A stretch of 63,139 nt of DNA, counting the filler, from Bdellovibrionota bacterium (GTDB lineage Bacteria > Bdellovibrionota > Bdellovibrionia > Bdellovibrionales > JAEYZS01): the NCBI GenBank assembly GCA_963169515.1. It is 7 parts of 7 records of this genome, joined end to end, with 100 filler letters (N's around TTAATTAATTAA, not from the genome) between each part and the next. Parts side by side here need not be neighbours in the genome. Positions count along the whole stretch, not along the records: positions 28,481 to 45,928 come from CAUJEF010000074.1; 6 more parts are not named here. One strand, 5' to 3'. The notes beneath the pieces are model-generated. The model had not been told where the DNA came from, did not search any database, and was given only the letters and a program-made list of their open reading frames with translations. Below are positions 34,585 through 45,715 of the stretch, one piece after another; position 1 is the stretch's first letter, and the number at the start of each line of letters is the position of its first letter. The translations under genes and the position numbers were made by a program.

Positions 34585-36461
34585 TGTGATCGCTCCATTC
34601 CAGTTCCAGCAACCAGGCTACTAACTTGTGCATCAACAAACGGAATTTTAAAGCCGATTGTTGTTCCCACGCCTTCTTTGCTATTCATAAATACGCTTCC
34701 GCCATGTAGTTCAATAAAGTATTTGACTAAATAAAGACCAAGCCCCGTTCCCTTGGTAACAAGGTTATGCTTTTTGCCTCGATAGAACTTTTCCCATATA
34801 TGTTCTGATTCGTCGATGGGAATGCCGTCCCCCGTGTCTGTAACGCGAACCACAATTCCGTCTTCAACTTCTTCCGATACCACGACGATGCGCCCGTTTT
34901 TGGATGTGTATTTGATTGCATTTTCAATCATATTAACAATCACTTCTTGAATAAGCGTCCCGTCGATTTCAACCGAAAACAGAGGTTCTAATTTTTTATC
35001 TATTGCAATAGATTTTTCCAGGGCAAGTGGATTCAGTTGGCTCAATACATCTTCTATAATTTGATTGATATCACGAGCCTCTTTCTTGACTTTGAAGTCA
35101 GAGGATTCAATTCGGCTCACTTGCAAAATGGATTGGATATATTTCTGCAAATCTTGGCTTGAGCTTTTAAGGGTGTTTAAGTCGTAAGCCAAGGTCTCAT
35201 TTTGAGTGGTTTTCATCAACCGCTCAACAATACCTTGGATTTTTGCTATTGGTGTTTTTAGATCATGGCTGATAAGGCTGATAAAGTTATTTTTTAATTG
35301 CTCCAATTCAAATAAATATTTTTTTTCTTGTTCGAGTCGCCATGATTTTCTTTCATTTTTTGTTAGTTTGTAACCGATGAAAATGGTGTAAACGGCCAGC
35401 ACCTGTACGATGGTTGAGACTATGGGGATCCAAACATTGAAATGATCAAAAATCCAAGTCGAAATGCTAACTATCAGGCCCGTGAATGCCGTGGTGATTG
35501 CTAGTGCCAGGGATTGTGGGTAATAGTTCACAATGGTAACAGTTACTGCGATCAAGAAGATAAAAAATAAAATATAAGCTTGAAGAGGCAGTTTGATTGG
35601 CCAACGGTGGTGGTTTGCATTGTCGACGATATTGGCTACGATTTCAGCCTTGGACATAAATCCCAACGGGGTCGGAAGCATATGGTTTGGAGAATCTTTT
35701 GATCCAATGATAACTATTTTGCCCTCAACCATTTTGGGATTGATTCTATTGTTTAGAATATCTTTGAGCTGGACGGTCTTAAACGATTGTGGCAGCCCCT
35801 GGTAGTTGATCAACACATTTTTGGGATCAGCAACATGAAGTACAGCGTCCTTTTCGTTTGAGATTTTAAGCCCCAAGTGTGGAATTGAAAAAAATGGGGA
35901 ACTGAAGCGCCTCACCGTACCGTCGTAATCCGGGGGTAAATTGATGATCCCTGGATTGTTGGAAAATAGGGGCATTTGTGGGCGCCCCTCAGAGTCTGTT
36001 AGGGCGGCCCAGGCAATTTTATTGTTTTCAAATAATTTTTGATTTTCCGATTTCACAGAAATTTTTCCTAAGTTTTTACCAAAGAAAAATGTCACCCCGA
36101 TGCGCTTTGGGTTGTATTCCAAGAGCGTTGAAATCAACCTTGCCCATACGTCTTCGTCCCAATAATAAAAATCTGTAAGAGTGTCAGCTTCCGTGATGCC
36201 TTTCATTACTTGAAATGATTCGATTGGGTTTTTTTTGAATGTCCGCCATTCACTGTCAGAAATAAGTACGAGCAAAATTTCATCTGAGGAGTGAATCGTC
36301 CCCCGAAATTTAAATCTCAGGTCATAATTTGTTTGAAAATCATTTAAAAGAAACCCAACGCCGATAGACAGCGCGAGCAAAACACGCAGAAGGAATGCGC
36401 GAGCACCCCACAACGACAAAACAAGATTTTGAAAGCGAAGGAAGGTCTTGGAAAGTGGCAT
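34581..36461 (-). CDS. CHASE2-domain sensor histidine kinase
   Basis: DYDGTVRR, GKIVIIG, three TMs, SHDLKTP, NAIKY, GTGLGL. Confidence 0.92.
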   Translation of the reverse strand: MPLSKTFLRFQNLVLSLWGARAFLLRVLLALSIGVGFLLNDFQTNYDLRFKFRGTIHSSDEILLVLISDSEWRTFKKNPIESFQVMKGITEADTLTDFYYWDEDVWARLISTLLEYNPKRIGVTFFFGKNLGKISVKSENQKLFENNKIAWAALTDSEGRPQMPLFSNNPGIINLPPDYDGTVRRFSSPFFSIPHLGLKISNEKDAVLHVADPKNVLINYQGLPQSFKTVQLKDILNNRINPKMVEGKIVIIGSKDSPNHMLPTPLGFMSKAEIVANIVDNANHHRWPIKLPLQAYILFFIFLIAVTVTIVNYYPQSLALAITTAFTGLIVSISTWIFDHFNVWIPIVSTIVQVLAVYTIFIGYKLTKNERKSWRLEQEKKYLFELEQLKNNFISLISHDLKTPIAKIQGIVERLMKTTQNETLAYDLNTLKSSSQDLQKYIQSILQVSRIESSDFKVKKEARDINQIIEDVLSQLNPLALEKSIAIDKKLEPLFSVEIDGTLIQEVIVNMIENAIKYTSKNGRIVVVSEEVEDGIVVRVTDTGDGIPIDESEHIWEKFYRGKKHNLVTKGTGLGLYLVKYFIELHGGSVFMNSKEGVGTTIGFKIPFVDAQVSSLVAGTGMERSQ

Positions 36462-36549
36462 AACGCACCGTACTAAAAACTTTCAAAAATGGCAAGGATT
36501 TCCAGAAGGTGCCTGACACCGAAAGCTTCTCGGTTTACGAAGTGTTTCG

Positions 36550-37473
36550 ATGCAAATTTTGAATGGTGTTTCTGAAATTAAATCGATTTTAAAAGACTCT
36601 GTGGTCACCATTGGGAACTTTGACGGGGTTCATCTGGGCCACCGTGAAATAATTTCACGGGTGGTAGAGTCCAGCCGCAGAGTTGGCGGACCGGCGATTC
36701 TTATGACCTTTGACCCGCATCCGCGGAAAGTATTGCAGCCAGAAAAAAACTTGAAGACCATTTTCCCCAGGGAAGATCTTGAAAATGAAATTAAAAAACT
36801 GGGAATAGATATTTTAATTTTTGAACCGTTCTCGCGGGAACTGTCGCAAATGTCCCCTGACGATTTTATCCAGACACGCATTTATAAGCCGTTGTCGCCA
36901 CATTCGCTGATCGTAGGTTATGATTTTCATTTTGGGGCAAACCGTGAAGGCAATTTGGAAAAACTGAAAGAGCTAACTGACAGGTTAAAAATTAATCTGG
37001 AAATTGTTTCACCAGTAAAAACGGACCATATGCTGGTATCAAGCTCACAAATTCGATTGGCACTGGCGAATGGAGATGTAGCCGCAGCAAAGCAAATGTT
37101 GGGTCGTTCGTTTTATCTGAAGGGGCTTATTGTCAAAGGCAAAGGTCGAGGGAAAACGATTGGCTTTCCAACCGCGAACCTTTCTGCCCGCGCAGAAACT
37201 TTTCCAAAACTGGGTGTCTACGCAACACAAATAAAAGTGCGCGGTAAGTTTTTAAAATCCATTACCAATGTCGGCTTTAATCCGACATTTGCAGATGCTC
37301 CGCTGGCAATTCAAGTCGAGACCTATATATTTAATTTTAGTGAGCAGATCTACGGAGAAGAAGCTGTGGTCCAGTTTGATAGTTTTGTGCGCGACGAAAA
37401 GAAGTTTAAGAGTGTTACTGAATTAGTCGAACAGATTCGTCTTGATGTCGAAATGGTAAAAGCGCAACATTAA
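36550..37473 (+). CDS. ribF: Bifunctional riboflavin kinase/FAD synthetase
   Basis: IGNFDGVHLGH, GYDFHFG, SSSQIR, IGFPTAN. Confidence 0.97.
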   Translation: MQILNGVSEIKSILKDSVVTIGNFDGVHLGHREIISRVVESSRRVGGPAILMTFDPHPRKVLQPEKNLKTIFPREDLENEIKKLGIDILIFEPFSRELSQMSPDDFIQTRIYKPLSPHSLIVGYDFHFGANREGNLEKLKELTDRLKINLEIVSPVKTDHMLVSSSQIRLALANGDVAAAKQMLGRSFYLKGLIVKGKGRGKTIGFPTANLSARAETFPKLGVYATQIKVRGKFLKSITNVGFNPTFADAPLAIQVETYIFNFSEQIYGEEAVVQFDSFVRDEKKFKSVTELVEQIRLDVEMVKAQH

Positions 37474-37477
37474 CCTA

Positions 37478-38365
37478 GTGGAGGTTAATGTGAAGTGGTG
37501 CGTACTTTCGGAAAGCGATGATAGCGATCACTATCGAATGGTTTCAGCACAGTTGACTTCTTATTCCCAAAAAAATATTTTTGAATTTGTTAAAGCAACG
37601 GCTGTGGATTTCGATTCGAAATTGAAGGTCGCATCTGCAAAGTTTGACTTTGTCCTTGTCGGATCAGACCTTTCGGCTCTTGTAGCGCCGCTTGTGCCTA
37701 AAATGTACGTTGACATCGGAAATCTAAATTTTGTTGATGGTTTAATCAAAGAAAAAGACGGATCGTTTTGGCCAGCCCAATTTGCTGACCAGGCAATTGT
37801 TAAATGGATATCGACTGAATGTAAAGACGTTGGCGTCACAAACCCGGCATTCGTTGTTGGCTCAGGGGGGCTTGCTCGGGCCGTGGTTTCGGGTCTGATA
37901 AAGGCAGGATTCACGACGATTGTGGTGACGGATTCCAAGGTGGAAGAAGCTCAAAGTATGGTGGAAGAAATGAAGAAAGTTTTTTTCAACATCAACATTC
38001 AAGTATGCCAAAAAGAACACATAACATTGCTGCCGGGAATTCACTCTTTGTGCGTTAATACGGTTTCGATATTTGACGATTTAGAGTTATTTAAAGAACT
38101 TTTTTATTGTAATTTTATTAAGCGGGGTGGGGTGGTGATGGATCTCAATCGACATCCAATCGAAACACCGCTTTTGAAGTTATCAAGGGGAATCGCAGGG
38201 AAGCTTTATTCGGGCTTTCAATTTTGGGCCTACCATGATGCCGAGTGGATTGAAAAGGTATTCTCTTATCGCATCGATGTTGCAAAACATGGCGAAGAGT
38301 TAAAGAAGGTCTTCGGCCTTCGCCCCTTTGATGAAACAAAAGTAAGTCAAATCCTAGACCTCTGA
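37478..38365 (+). CDS. Divergent shikimate dehydrogenase-like Rossmann protein
   Basis: VVGSGGLARAV and VNT/DL...ETPLL of the AroE C-domain; N-domain catalytic motifs not visible. Confidence 0.6.
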   Translation: MEVNVKWCVLSESDDSDHYRMVSAQLTSYSQKNIFEFVKATAVDFDSKLKVASAKFDFVLVGSDLSALVAPLVPKMYVDIGNLNFVDGLIKEKDGSFWPAQFADQAIVKWISTECKDVGVTNPAFVVGSGGLARAVVSGLIKAGFTTIVVTDSKVEEAQSMVEEMKKVFFNINIQVCQKEHITLLPGIHSLCVNTVSIFDDLELFKELFYCNFIKRGGVVMDLNRHPIETPLLKLSRGIAGKLYSGFQFWAYHDAEWIEKVFSYRIDVAKHGEELKKVFGLRPFDETKVSQILDL

Positions 38366-38442
38366 CGAGTTACAAAAATCGTCACTCGATAGTATTCTGT
38401 GTATAGAAAATCCGGAAATTTTTGACTTACGGGGAGTGGTGC

Positions 38443-40137
38443 GTGGCAAAGGGTTTAGGCGAACTTTTAGTAAAAGAAAATTTAATTGATATCAAACAGT
38501 TAGAAGCCGCGAAGAAAGTACAAAAAAATGGTGGCGGAAGGCTAAGTTCGTCGCTTGTAAAGCTCGGTTATATTTCAGAAGGTCAGCTGGCAGAGTTTTT
38601 ATCCAAGCAATATCAGATACCCTCCATTGATCTTAGTAATTTTGAAATCGACGCAGATGCTATCAAGCTCGTCCCCAGAAAAATGTGTGACAAGCACATT
38701 GTGATTCCCGTTTCAAAAGCAGGTGACACAATCGTTATTGCCATGTCTGATCCAAGCAATATTTATGTTTTAGACGACTTGGCCCATGTTACACGATGCA
38801 AAGTAAAGCCCGTGGTGGCATCAGAAAATGCGATTCTTAAAGCCATCGACAGATACTATCAATCATCCGTGAACTACGAATCGATCATGACCGAGATCGA
38901 AAAAGACCACACGGTCACAAATTTTGATTCCGAAGGCACAAGCATCATCGACGTCGATACCAAAGACGATTCACCGGTCGTGCGGTTCGTGAATATGATG
39001 TTGACCCAAGCGATTAAGCTCGGGGCATCGGATATTCACGTCGAACCGTATGAAAAGCGTTTCAGGGTCAGATTCCGCATTGACGGTTCCTTGTATGAAA
39101 AGGTTCAGCCACCTGCCGGGATTGCGGCTGCAATTTCAAGCCGCATTAAGGTTATGTGTAACCTGGATATTTCTGAAAAGCGCAGGCCCCAGGACGGTCG
39201 TTTAAAAATTCAAACCAGCAAGGGACAAGAGATCGATTTTCGGGTCAGTATTTTGCCCACATTATTTGGCGAAAAAGTGGTGATGAGGATTTTGGATAAA
39301 AGCAATTTACAGCTTGATCTTACAAAACTGGGGTTTGACAACCAACAGCTGGAATTGTTCAAAGACGCCCTTGCACAGCCCAATGGGATTTTGCTTATTA
39401 CAGGTCCTACGGGTTCTGGGAAAACGACGACGATTTATTCGGGCCTTGCAGAGCTAAATAAACCGGACGTAAATATTTCTACGATCGAAGACCCAGTCGA
39501 ATTCAACCTTGAGGGGATCAATCAGGTGCAGGCAAATTTTGAAATTAATCTCACGTTTGCAGCAGCTCTTCGCTCGTTCCTACGCCAAGATCCAGACGTT
39601 ATCATGGTGGGTGAGATTCGAGATTTGGAAACCGCTGAAATTGCGTTCAAAGCAGCTCTAACGGGTCACTTGGTTGTAAGCACACTCCATACAAACGATG
39701 CTCCGCTGACAATTAACCGCTTGCTTAATATGGGCGTAGAGCCCTTCTTGATCACCTCAGCCGTGAATCTGGTTATTGCACAACGGCTGGTCAGAAAAAT
39801 CTGCTCTAATTGCAAGATTCCAATGACTGTGGAAAAAGCCGTGTTGCTCGATATGGGTCTATCGCCGGAAGAAGCGGAAACTGTTCAGCCGATGAAAGGT
39901 GAGGGTTGCGATGTCTGCAACGGTATCGGATACAAGGGCCGACTGGCCGTCCACGAAGTGATGAAGCTTACCGATCAGTTAAAGATTAAAGTTTTTCAGA
40001 ACGCATCCCCATTGGAGCTAAAAAAAGCGGCTATCGAGGGTGGGATGACAACCCTTCGAAGAAGTGCGATCAATAAGATGATTGCCGGTGTAACGACAAT
40101 CGAAGAGGTTTTGGGAGTAACAGCCGCCGATAATTAA
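38443..40137 (+). CDS. pilB: Type IV pilus assembly ATPase PilB
   Basis: MshEN-like LGELL, ASDIHVEP, GPTGSGKT, LRQDPD, Zn motif CSNC/CDVC. Confidence 0.97.
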   Translation: MAKGLGELLVKENLIDIKQLEAAKKVQKNGGGRLSSSLVKLGYISEGQLAEFLSKQYQIPSIDLSNFEIDADAIKLVPRKMCDKHIVIPVSKAGDTIVIAMSDPSNIYVLDDLAHVTRCKVKPVVASENAILKAIDRYYQSSVNYESIMTEIEKDHTVTNFDSEGTSIIDVDTKDDSPVVRFVNMMLTQAIKLGASDIHVEPYEKRFRVRFRIDGSLYEKVQPPAGIAAAISSRIKVMCNLDISEKRRPQDGRLKIQTSKGQEIDFRVSILPTLFGEKVVMRILDKSNLQLDLTKLGFDNQQLELFKDALAQPNGILLITGPTGSGKTTTIYSGLAELNKPDVNISTIEDPVEFNLEGINQVQANFEINLTFAAALRSFLRQDPDVIMVGEIRDLETAEIAFKAALTGHLVVSTLHTNDAPLTINRLLNMGVEPFLITSAVNLVIAQRLVRKICSNCKIPMTVEKAVLLDMGLSPEEAETVQPMKGEGCDVCNGIGYKGRLAVHEVMKLTDQLKIKVFQNASPLELKKAAIEGGMTTLRRSAINKMIAGVTTIEEVLGVTAADN

Positions 40138-40163
40138 TCGTCTTGTCAACCGAGTAAGGCAGA

Positions 40164-41228
40164 ATGAAGAATTTAAAACAACTTTTAGAACTCGTGGTGA
40201 TGAAGAAAGCGACGGATCTTCATATTGTGGTCGGCGCCCCGCCTGTTATCCGCGTAAATGGAAATATAGTTCCAGTGGATCATCAAATACTTTCCCCTCA
40301 GCAGGCGGAAGAAATTTGTCTTTCAGCATTGAAGGATAGCGACCGAACATTTGACGGCCGAAATGAAATTGATATTGGATTCGGCATTCGGGGCTTTGGC
40401 CGCTTTCGTGCAAATTTGTTCAAACAAAAAGGATGCTATTCGGGAGCCTTCCGTTTTATTCCAGAAAAAATACCTGCCTTTAATTCTTTGGGTCTTCCAC
40501 CCATTGTGGGTGATCTTACGATGAAAAAGGATGGTTTGATTTTAGTCACGGGCCCTACCGGTTCGGGAAAATCAACCACGATCGCATCCCTGATCGACAA
40601 AATTAACGAAGAACATAGCGCACATATCGTAACAATTGAAGACCCGATCGAGTACGTGCACGCCCATAAAAAATGTATTGTGAATCAGCGGGAAGTGGGG
40701 CTGGACACAGAAGATTTTCACATCGCGATGAAATACATGCTTCGCCAAGATCCTGATTTTTGTTTAGTGGGTGAGGTTAGGGATCTGGATACTGCGCTGA
40801 CGTGCCTGAAGTTGTCAGAAACAGGGCACTTGGTTTTTGCAACATTACATACGAATTCGGCAGCAGAAACTGTCGATAGAGTTTTATCCATGGTTGATGA
40901 CAAGGATAAACGGGTCATTCAGCATCAATTGGCGTCTGTCTTAAAGGGCATTTTATCACAACAACTTTTACCTGGTCTTGATGGAAATTTAGTTTTGGCA
41001 TACGAGCTTTTGATTCCAACGCCAGGCATTCGCGCACTTATTCGAGACGGAAAAATTTATCAGGTTTATAGCATGATGCAAGTGGGACAAACCCATTCAG
41101 GGATGGTCACCATGAACCAGTGTCTGATGAACCTGATGATCAAAAGAAAAATTGATATGCGAGTTGGATTTGAGGCTAGCCCGGACCCAGATGAGCTTAA
41201 TGATATGTTGGCTAAGGCAGGTCTATAG
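40164..41228 (+). CDS. pilT: Type IV pilus retraction ATPase PilT
   Basis: TDLH, GPTGSGKS, EDPIE, QREVG, GIRALIR. Confidence 0.93.
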   Translation: MKNLKQLLELVVMKKATDLHIVVGAPPVIRVNGNIVPVDHQILSPQQAEEICLSALKDSDRTFDGRNEIDIGFGIRGFGRFRANLFKQKGCYSGAFRFIPEKIPAFNSLGLPPIVGDLTMKKDGLILVTGPTGSGKSTTIASLIDKINEEHSAHIVTIEDPIEYVHAHKKCIVNQREVGLDTEDFHIAMKYMLRQDPDFCLVGEVRDLDTALTCLKLSETGHLVFATLHTNSAAETVDRVLSMVDDKDKRVIQHQLASVLKGILSQQLLPGLDGNLVLAYELLIPTPGIRALIRDGKIYQVYSMMQVGQTHSGMVTMNQCLMNLMIKRKIDMRVGFEASPDPDELNDMLAKAGL

Positions 41229-42442
41229 TGGCGTTGTTCCAGTATCAGGCAAAATCGTTAAATGGAACCGTTGTTCGAGGTGAGCTTGAGGCCGAATCGG
41301 ACAACGAAGCTCGGATTAAACTACGAGCAAATCGGCTTATCCCACTCAAGGTCGCGCCAAAGCAAAAAGCAGGCGATCTTTTCAAAGGGATGAAAACTTC
41401 GGGTGGAAAAGTTAAATCAAAAGATTTACAAATTTTCACCCGGCAATTCGCCACCCTTGTGAATGCAGGTATTCCGATTGTGCAGTCAATTGAAATTCTA
41501 GGTGGATCCACAAAGAATCTTGCTTTGAAAAGAACCATATTGAAAATTAAAGAAGACGTAGAAGGCGGGAAAAAGCTTGCGGATGCAATTGCAGTACACA
41601 AGACAGTTTTCGATACCCTTTATGTGAACTTGGTCAAGGCGGGTGAAGAGTCTGGCGCCCTGGATAAAATCTTAGACCGTCTGGCGGGTTATATTGAAAA
41701 GTCTGAAAAAATTAAAAACAAAGTGACGGGGGCTTTGTACTATCCCGCGGGTATTTTGGCTGTGGCATTTTTAGTTATGTTTGCGATTTTAACATTTGTG
41801 ATTCCAAAATTTGAAGAGATGTTTAAATCTTCAAAGCAGGAATTACCCGGGCTCACAGTTATGGTCATTAATGCCAGTCACCTGATGAGAGACTATTGGT
41901 ACGTTGTGATCGGTGGGATCGTATTGATGGGTTATAGTTTTAAGAGCTACTATTCAACCCCGGCCGGAAAGGCCATGTTTGATCACTTGTTTCTTCAGGC
42001 GCCTTTGTTCGGTCCCCTTATTCAAAAAAATGCAATTGCTCGGTTCAGTCGAACCCTGGGGACCATGATTGAGTGTGGTGTTTCAATTGTTGAAGGTCTG
42101 ACAATTGCAGCAAAAGTCGTTGGTAATCGATCTTTAGAAAAAACATTTTTGCAATCAAAAGAGGTCATTGTTCAGGGTCAGAGTATTGTGGGTCCATTAT
42201 CAAAAGATCCATTCATCCCGGACATGGTTGTGCAAATGATTGGCGTGGGTGAACAAACGGGTGCGCTTGATACAATGCTGAGTAAGATCGGTGATTTTTA
42301 TGAAGAGGAAGTGGATTATGCCGTGGGTGCACTGACTAGTATGATCGAACCCGTTATGATGATTTTCTTAGGGGGTATGATCGCCACACTCGTCATCGCT
42401 ATGTATCTTCCGGTATTCAAGCTTGCGGGAAGCGCAGGATAG
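41228..42442 (+). CDS. pilC: Type IV pilus platform protein PilC
   Basis: FTRQFATL, GEESGALD, GEQTGALD, IEP..AMYLP. Confidence 0.96.
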   Translation: MALFQYQAKSLNGTVVRGELEAESDNEARIKLRANRLIPLKVAPKQKAGDLFKGMKTSGGKVKSKDLQIFTRQFATLVNAGIPIVQSIEILGGSTKNLALKRTILKIKEDVEGGKKLADAIAVHKTVFDTLYVNLVKAGEESGALDKILDRLAGYIEKSEKIKNKVTGALYYPAGILAVAFLVMFAILTFVIPKFEEMFKSSKQELPGLTVMVINASHLMRDYWYVVIGGIVLMGYSFKSYYSTPAGKAMFDHLFLQAPLFGPLIQKNAIARFSRTLGTMIECGVSIVEGLTIAAKVVGNRSLEKTFLQSKEVIVQGQSIVGPLSKDPFIPDMVVQMIGVGEQTGALDTMLSKIGDFYEEEVDYAVGALTSMIEPVMMIFLGGMIATLVIAMYLPVFKLAGSAG

Positions 42443-42445
42443 TTC

Positions 42446-44122
42446 ATGATCAAAAGCAGTGAGCTTTTTCAAGACCAGGATAAAATCATAGAGCTCGCAC
42501 GCACGGCGCGAGTTGCGATGTATGTTTTGATTTTAGTAATGGCGCTGTTTTATCAACTGCAGTTTCTATCTTTTTTAAACTTTGAGCTTCTTTACCCGAT
42601 ATACATCGTTCTAGCGCTTGCATTTCTAAGCGAATTCGCCGTCCAGTGGCTTACCCATGAAAGTTCTAAGTATCTGAAGACAACTTTGAAATTCACTTTC
42701 CCGCTTGATGTTGCGCTTATCAGCGCGATTCTTTATTCCACACAAATCCAGAATTCATTATTTTTATTTCTTTACCTTTATATTATCTTTTTTTGTGGTC
42801 TCGTGTTTCGGGCAAAGGGCGCAATCAGCCTTGCCATTTTTACCTCTATACTTTTTAGCTTCTATCTTACGGGCCAGCATCAGATCGAAGGTCAAACCCG
42901 GATGTTGGTTTTTGGAATAAATAACATGGCATTTATTGTTGTTGCCGCATTAAGCGGATATTTGAGCGAGCAGTTGTACACATTGAGTAGCGAAATCCTG
43001 GTCCAAAAAAAGAATTTGAGTGTGCTTAAAAATATCAATGAGCTGATCATTAATAATATGCAAAGCGGTCTGATGACGCTCAGTCTTGATTATGAAATAA
43101 TTCAGGTGAATCCGTCGGCAGCGACGATACTGGGGGCAAAGCCATCCCATTTAAACTCTCTTGGTACTCTTGGCAGTGAGCTTATTTTCATTTTGAAAAC
43201 CTTCAGGGATCAATCGGACAGATCCAAACAAAACATTGAAATCAAATATGATTTCAAGGGCAGCGAAAAGCTTTTGGATTTTTCAATTTCAAAGCTCTTT
43301 AGAGGTTACGATGGATTGTCGGCATTTGTAGTCATTTTTCAGGACGTTTCAGAACGAAAACGGCTCGAGGAAAAAATAAAGCAAAAAGAAAAATTAGCAG
43401 CGATCGGGCAATTGGCGGCCGGGATTGCCCATGAAATTCGAAATCCGTTAGCCAGTATGAGCGGAAGTATCCAAATGCTGAGCCAATACGTTCAAAAAAT
43501 GGATGAAGAACAAGTGAAGCTTATGAATATAGCATTGCGCGAGACTGACCGATTGAACGACCTTATCACAGAGTTTTTGGAGTACGTGCGACCAGATATT
43601 GCGTGCGATGAAAAAGTCAATGTTACAAACCTGTTGGAAGATGTTTTGGAAATGGCCAGAATGAATAAAAATTTGAATAAAAATATTATCCAAGAAAAAA
43701 ATATGGATTCAGAAATTTACATCAAAGGTAATTTTGACAAATTAAAGCAGGTTTTTTTAAATATCATCATCAATGCATACCACGCGATTGATCAACGGAT
43801 AAATGGAAAAATTATAGTAAGCGCTCTGAGACACGGTGACGATGTCGAGGTAAAAATAAAGGATAACGGAGCAGGTATGTCCGAAGACGTAAAGGTTCGC
43901 ATTTTTGAACCCTTTTTTACGACAAAACCAAAAGGCTCTGGTTTGGGATTAGCAATCGTGCATAAAATTTTAGAAGCGCACAAAGCTGATATCAGTATCC
44001 AGAGCGTGGAAAATCAAGGAACCGAATTTACTATTCGATTTCAAAAGTGGAGTGGTAGCAATCTTACCAGCAATGATAGCAGCAAGGGTAAAACAGCAAT
44101 TTTTGCGAGGAGAGTCACATGA
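42446..44122 (+). CDS. pilS: Sensor histidine kinase PilS
   Basis: Multi-TM N-terminus, PAS, AHEIRNPL, GSGLGL; synteny. Confidence 0.88.
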   Translation: MIKSSELFQDQDKIIELARTARVAMYVLILVMALFYQLQFLSFLNFELLYPIYIVLALAFLSEFAVQWLTHESSKYLKTTLKFTFPLDVALISAILYSTQIQNSLFLFLYLYIIFFCGLVFRAKGAISLAIFTSILFSFYLTGQHQIEGQTRMLVFGINNMAFIVVAALSGYLSEQLYTLSSEILVQKKNLSVLKNINELIINNMQSGLMTLSLDYEIIQVNPSAATILGAKPSHLNSLGTLGSELIFILKTFRDQSDRSKQNIEIKYDFKGSEKLLDFSISKLFRGYDGLSAFVVIFQDVSERKRLEEKIKQKEKLAAIGQLAAGIAHEIRNPLASMSGSIQMLSQYVQKMDEEQVKLMNIALRETDRLNDLITEFLEYVRPDIACDEKVNVTNLLEDVLEMARMNKNLNKNIIQEKNMDSEIYIKGNFDKLKQVFLNIIINAYHAIDQRINGKIIVSALRHGDDVEVKIKDNGAGMSEDVKVRIFEPFFTTKPKGSGLGLAIVHKILEAHKADISIQSVENQGTEFTIRFQKWSGSNLTSNDSSKGKTAIFARRVT

Positions 44123-45525
44123 AACCCAGAATTTTGGCGGTCGACGATGAGGAATCCATCCGCGAGTTTTTAGAAATCATGTTGAAAAAAGAAGGTTATG
44201 ACGTTGCAACAGCTGTAGATGGGCAGCAAGCCGCCGACATTTTGAAAAAACGAAGCTTCGATATGATCATTTCGGATTTGCAAATGCCGAATATGACGGG
44301 GATGCAATTACTGAAGCACGTAAAAGATAACCATCCTGATGTGGTATTTATGATTATTACCGCATTTGGAACAACCGAATCCGCAGTCGAAGCAATGAAA
44401 ATGGGTGCTTATGATTATATAACGAAACCTTTTAAAATTGACGAGGTTCGTTTAAATATTGCCAACGCACTTCGCAGTAAATCACTTGAGGTGGAAAACA
44501 GATCTTTAAAACGCGAGATGCAGAAGGAATACAATTTCCAAAATCTCGTTGGTAATTCGGATAAGATGCATCAAATATATGAACTGGTAAAGCGCGTTTC
44601 TGAATCGCCAACCAATGTGCTGATCACTGGGGAAAGCGGCACAGGTAAAGAGATGGTCGCAAAAGCAATCCATCTTAACGGTCCGCTAAAAAATAAACCG
44701 TTTGTGACTGTAAACTGTGGTGCAATTCCAGAGTCCTTGATGGAAAGCGAAATGTTCGGTCACAAAAAGGGATCGTTTACAGGTGCAATTGCAGATAAGA
44801 CAGGTTTATTTGAAGTTGCCGACCAAGGGACGCTTTTTCTGGACGAAGTGGGTGAATTGCCCCTGTCAATCCAAGTAAAGCTTTTGCGAGCGATCCAGGA
44901 AAAGGTCATTCGCAAGGTCGGTGGCGTTGATGACCAAAAAGTCGACGTTCGAATTATGGCAGCGACAAATCGTGAACTGGAAGATATGGTCGCAAAGGGC
45001 GAATTTCGTGAAGATTTGTATTATCGCTTGAACGTGATTCAAATTCGCATGCCATCCTTGCGCGAGCGTCCGGATGACGTTCCTTTGTTGGCAAAGCATT
45101 TTTTGCAGAAATATAACAATAAGCTTGCCAAAGGGATTCAAGGAATATCCGACGAAGCGATGCAAACCCTAAAAAAGTATGACTACCCAGGTAACGTGCG
45201 TGAACTTGAAAATATCATTGAACGCACGGTTGCCTTGGAAGCGGGCGCCACAATTTTGCCAGAGAGCTTGCCGCCTTTTGTAAATACACCGCAGGGGCGC
45301 AAGCTTGCATCGAGCTATGAAATCGAGATCACGGATGAAGGTATTGACCTTGAGCGGATCGTTGGCCAGATCGAAAAAGAGCTGTTAATAAAAGCAATCC
45401 ATCGCGCAAACGGAGTGAAAAAGAAGGCCTCAAAGCTATTGGGTATTACATTTCGATCCATGCGCTACCGCTGTGACAAATACGGTCTGTCATCGGGCGG
45501 AGATGATGAAGAATTAGACGAATAA
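44119..45525 (+). CDS. pilR: Sigma-54 response regulator PilR
   Basis: Receiver + AAA + LGITFRSMRYR HTH; upstream of pilA. Confidence 0.92.
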   Translation: MKPRILAVDDEESIREFLEIMLKKEGYDVATAVDGQQAADILKKRSFDMIISDLQMPNMTGMQLLKHVKDNHPDVVFMIITAFGTTESAVEAMKMGAYDYITKPFKIDEVRLNIANALRSKSLEVENRSLKREMQKEYNFQNLVGNSDKMHQIYELVKRVSESPTNVLITGESGTGKEMVAKAIHLNGPLKNKPFVTVNCGAIPESLMESEMFGHKKGSFTGAIADKTGLFEVADQGTLFLDEVGELPLSIQVKLLRAIQEKVIRKVGGVDDQKVDVRIMAATNRELEDMVAKGEFREDLYYRLNVIQIRMPSLRERPDDVPLLAKHFLQKYNNKLAKGIQGISDEAMQTLKKYDYPGNVRELENIIERTVALEAGATILPESLPPFVNTPQGRKLASSYEIEITDEGIDLERIVGQIEKELLIKAIHRANGVKKKASKLLGITFRSMRYRCDKYGLSSGGDDEELDE

Positions 45526-45715
45526 TCCATTTTGCGTAACATAAAAATTCGAAGTAGAATTTTTATGCATATACGGTATAGGGATTTGAAAAATCAGTAT
45601 TTTTTTAATTCTTCGAGCTTGAGTGTTAAAAAAAATGTCTTTAGACTTAAATAGTCTATTTTTGACAAAACCATTAATATTAAACGACAAAACTGTACGT
45701 TTAAGGAGGATTTCA

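Noticed and set aside
45526..45715. Sigma-54 promoter for pilA
   Set aside because: Best candidate CGGTATAGGGATTTG does not meet GG-N10-GC spacing
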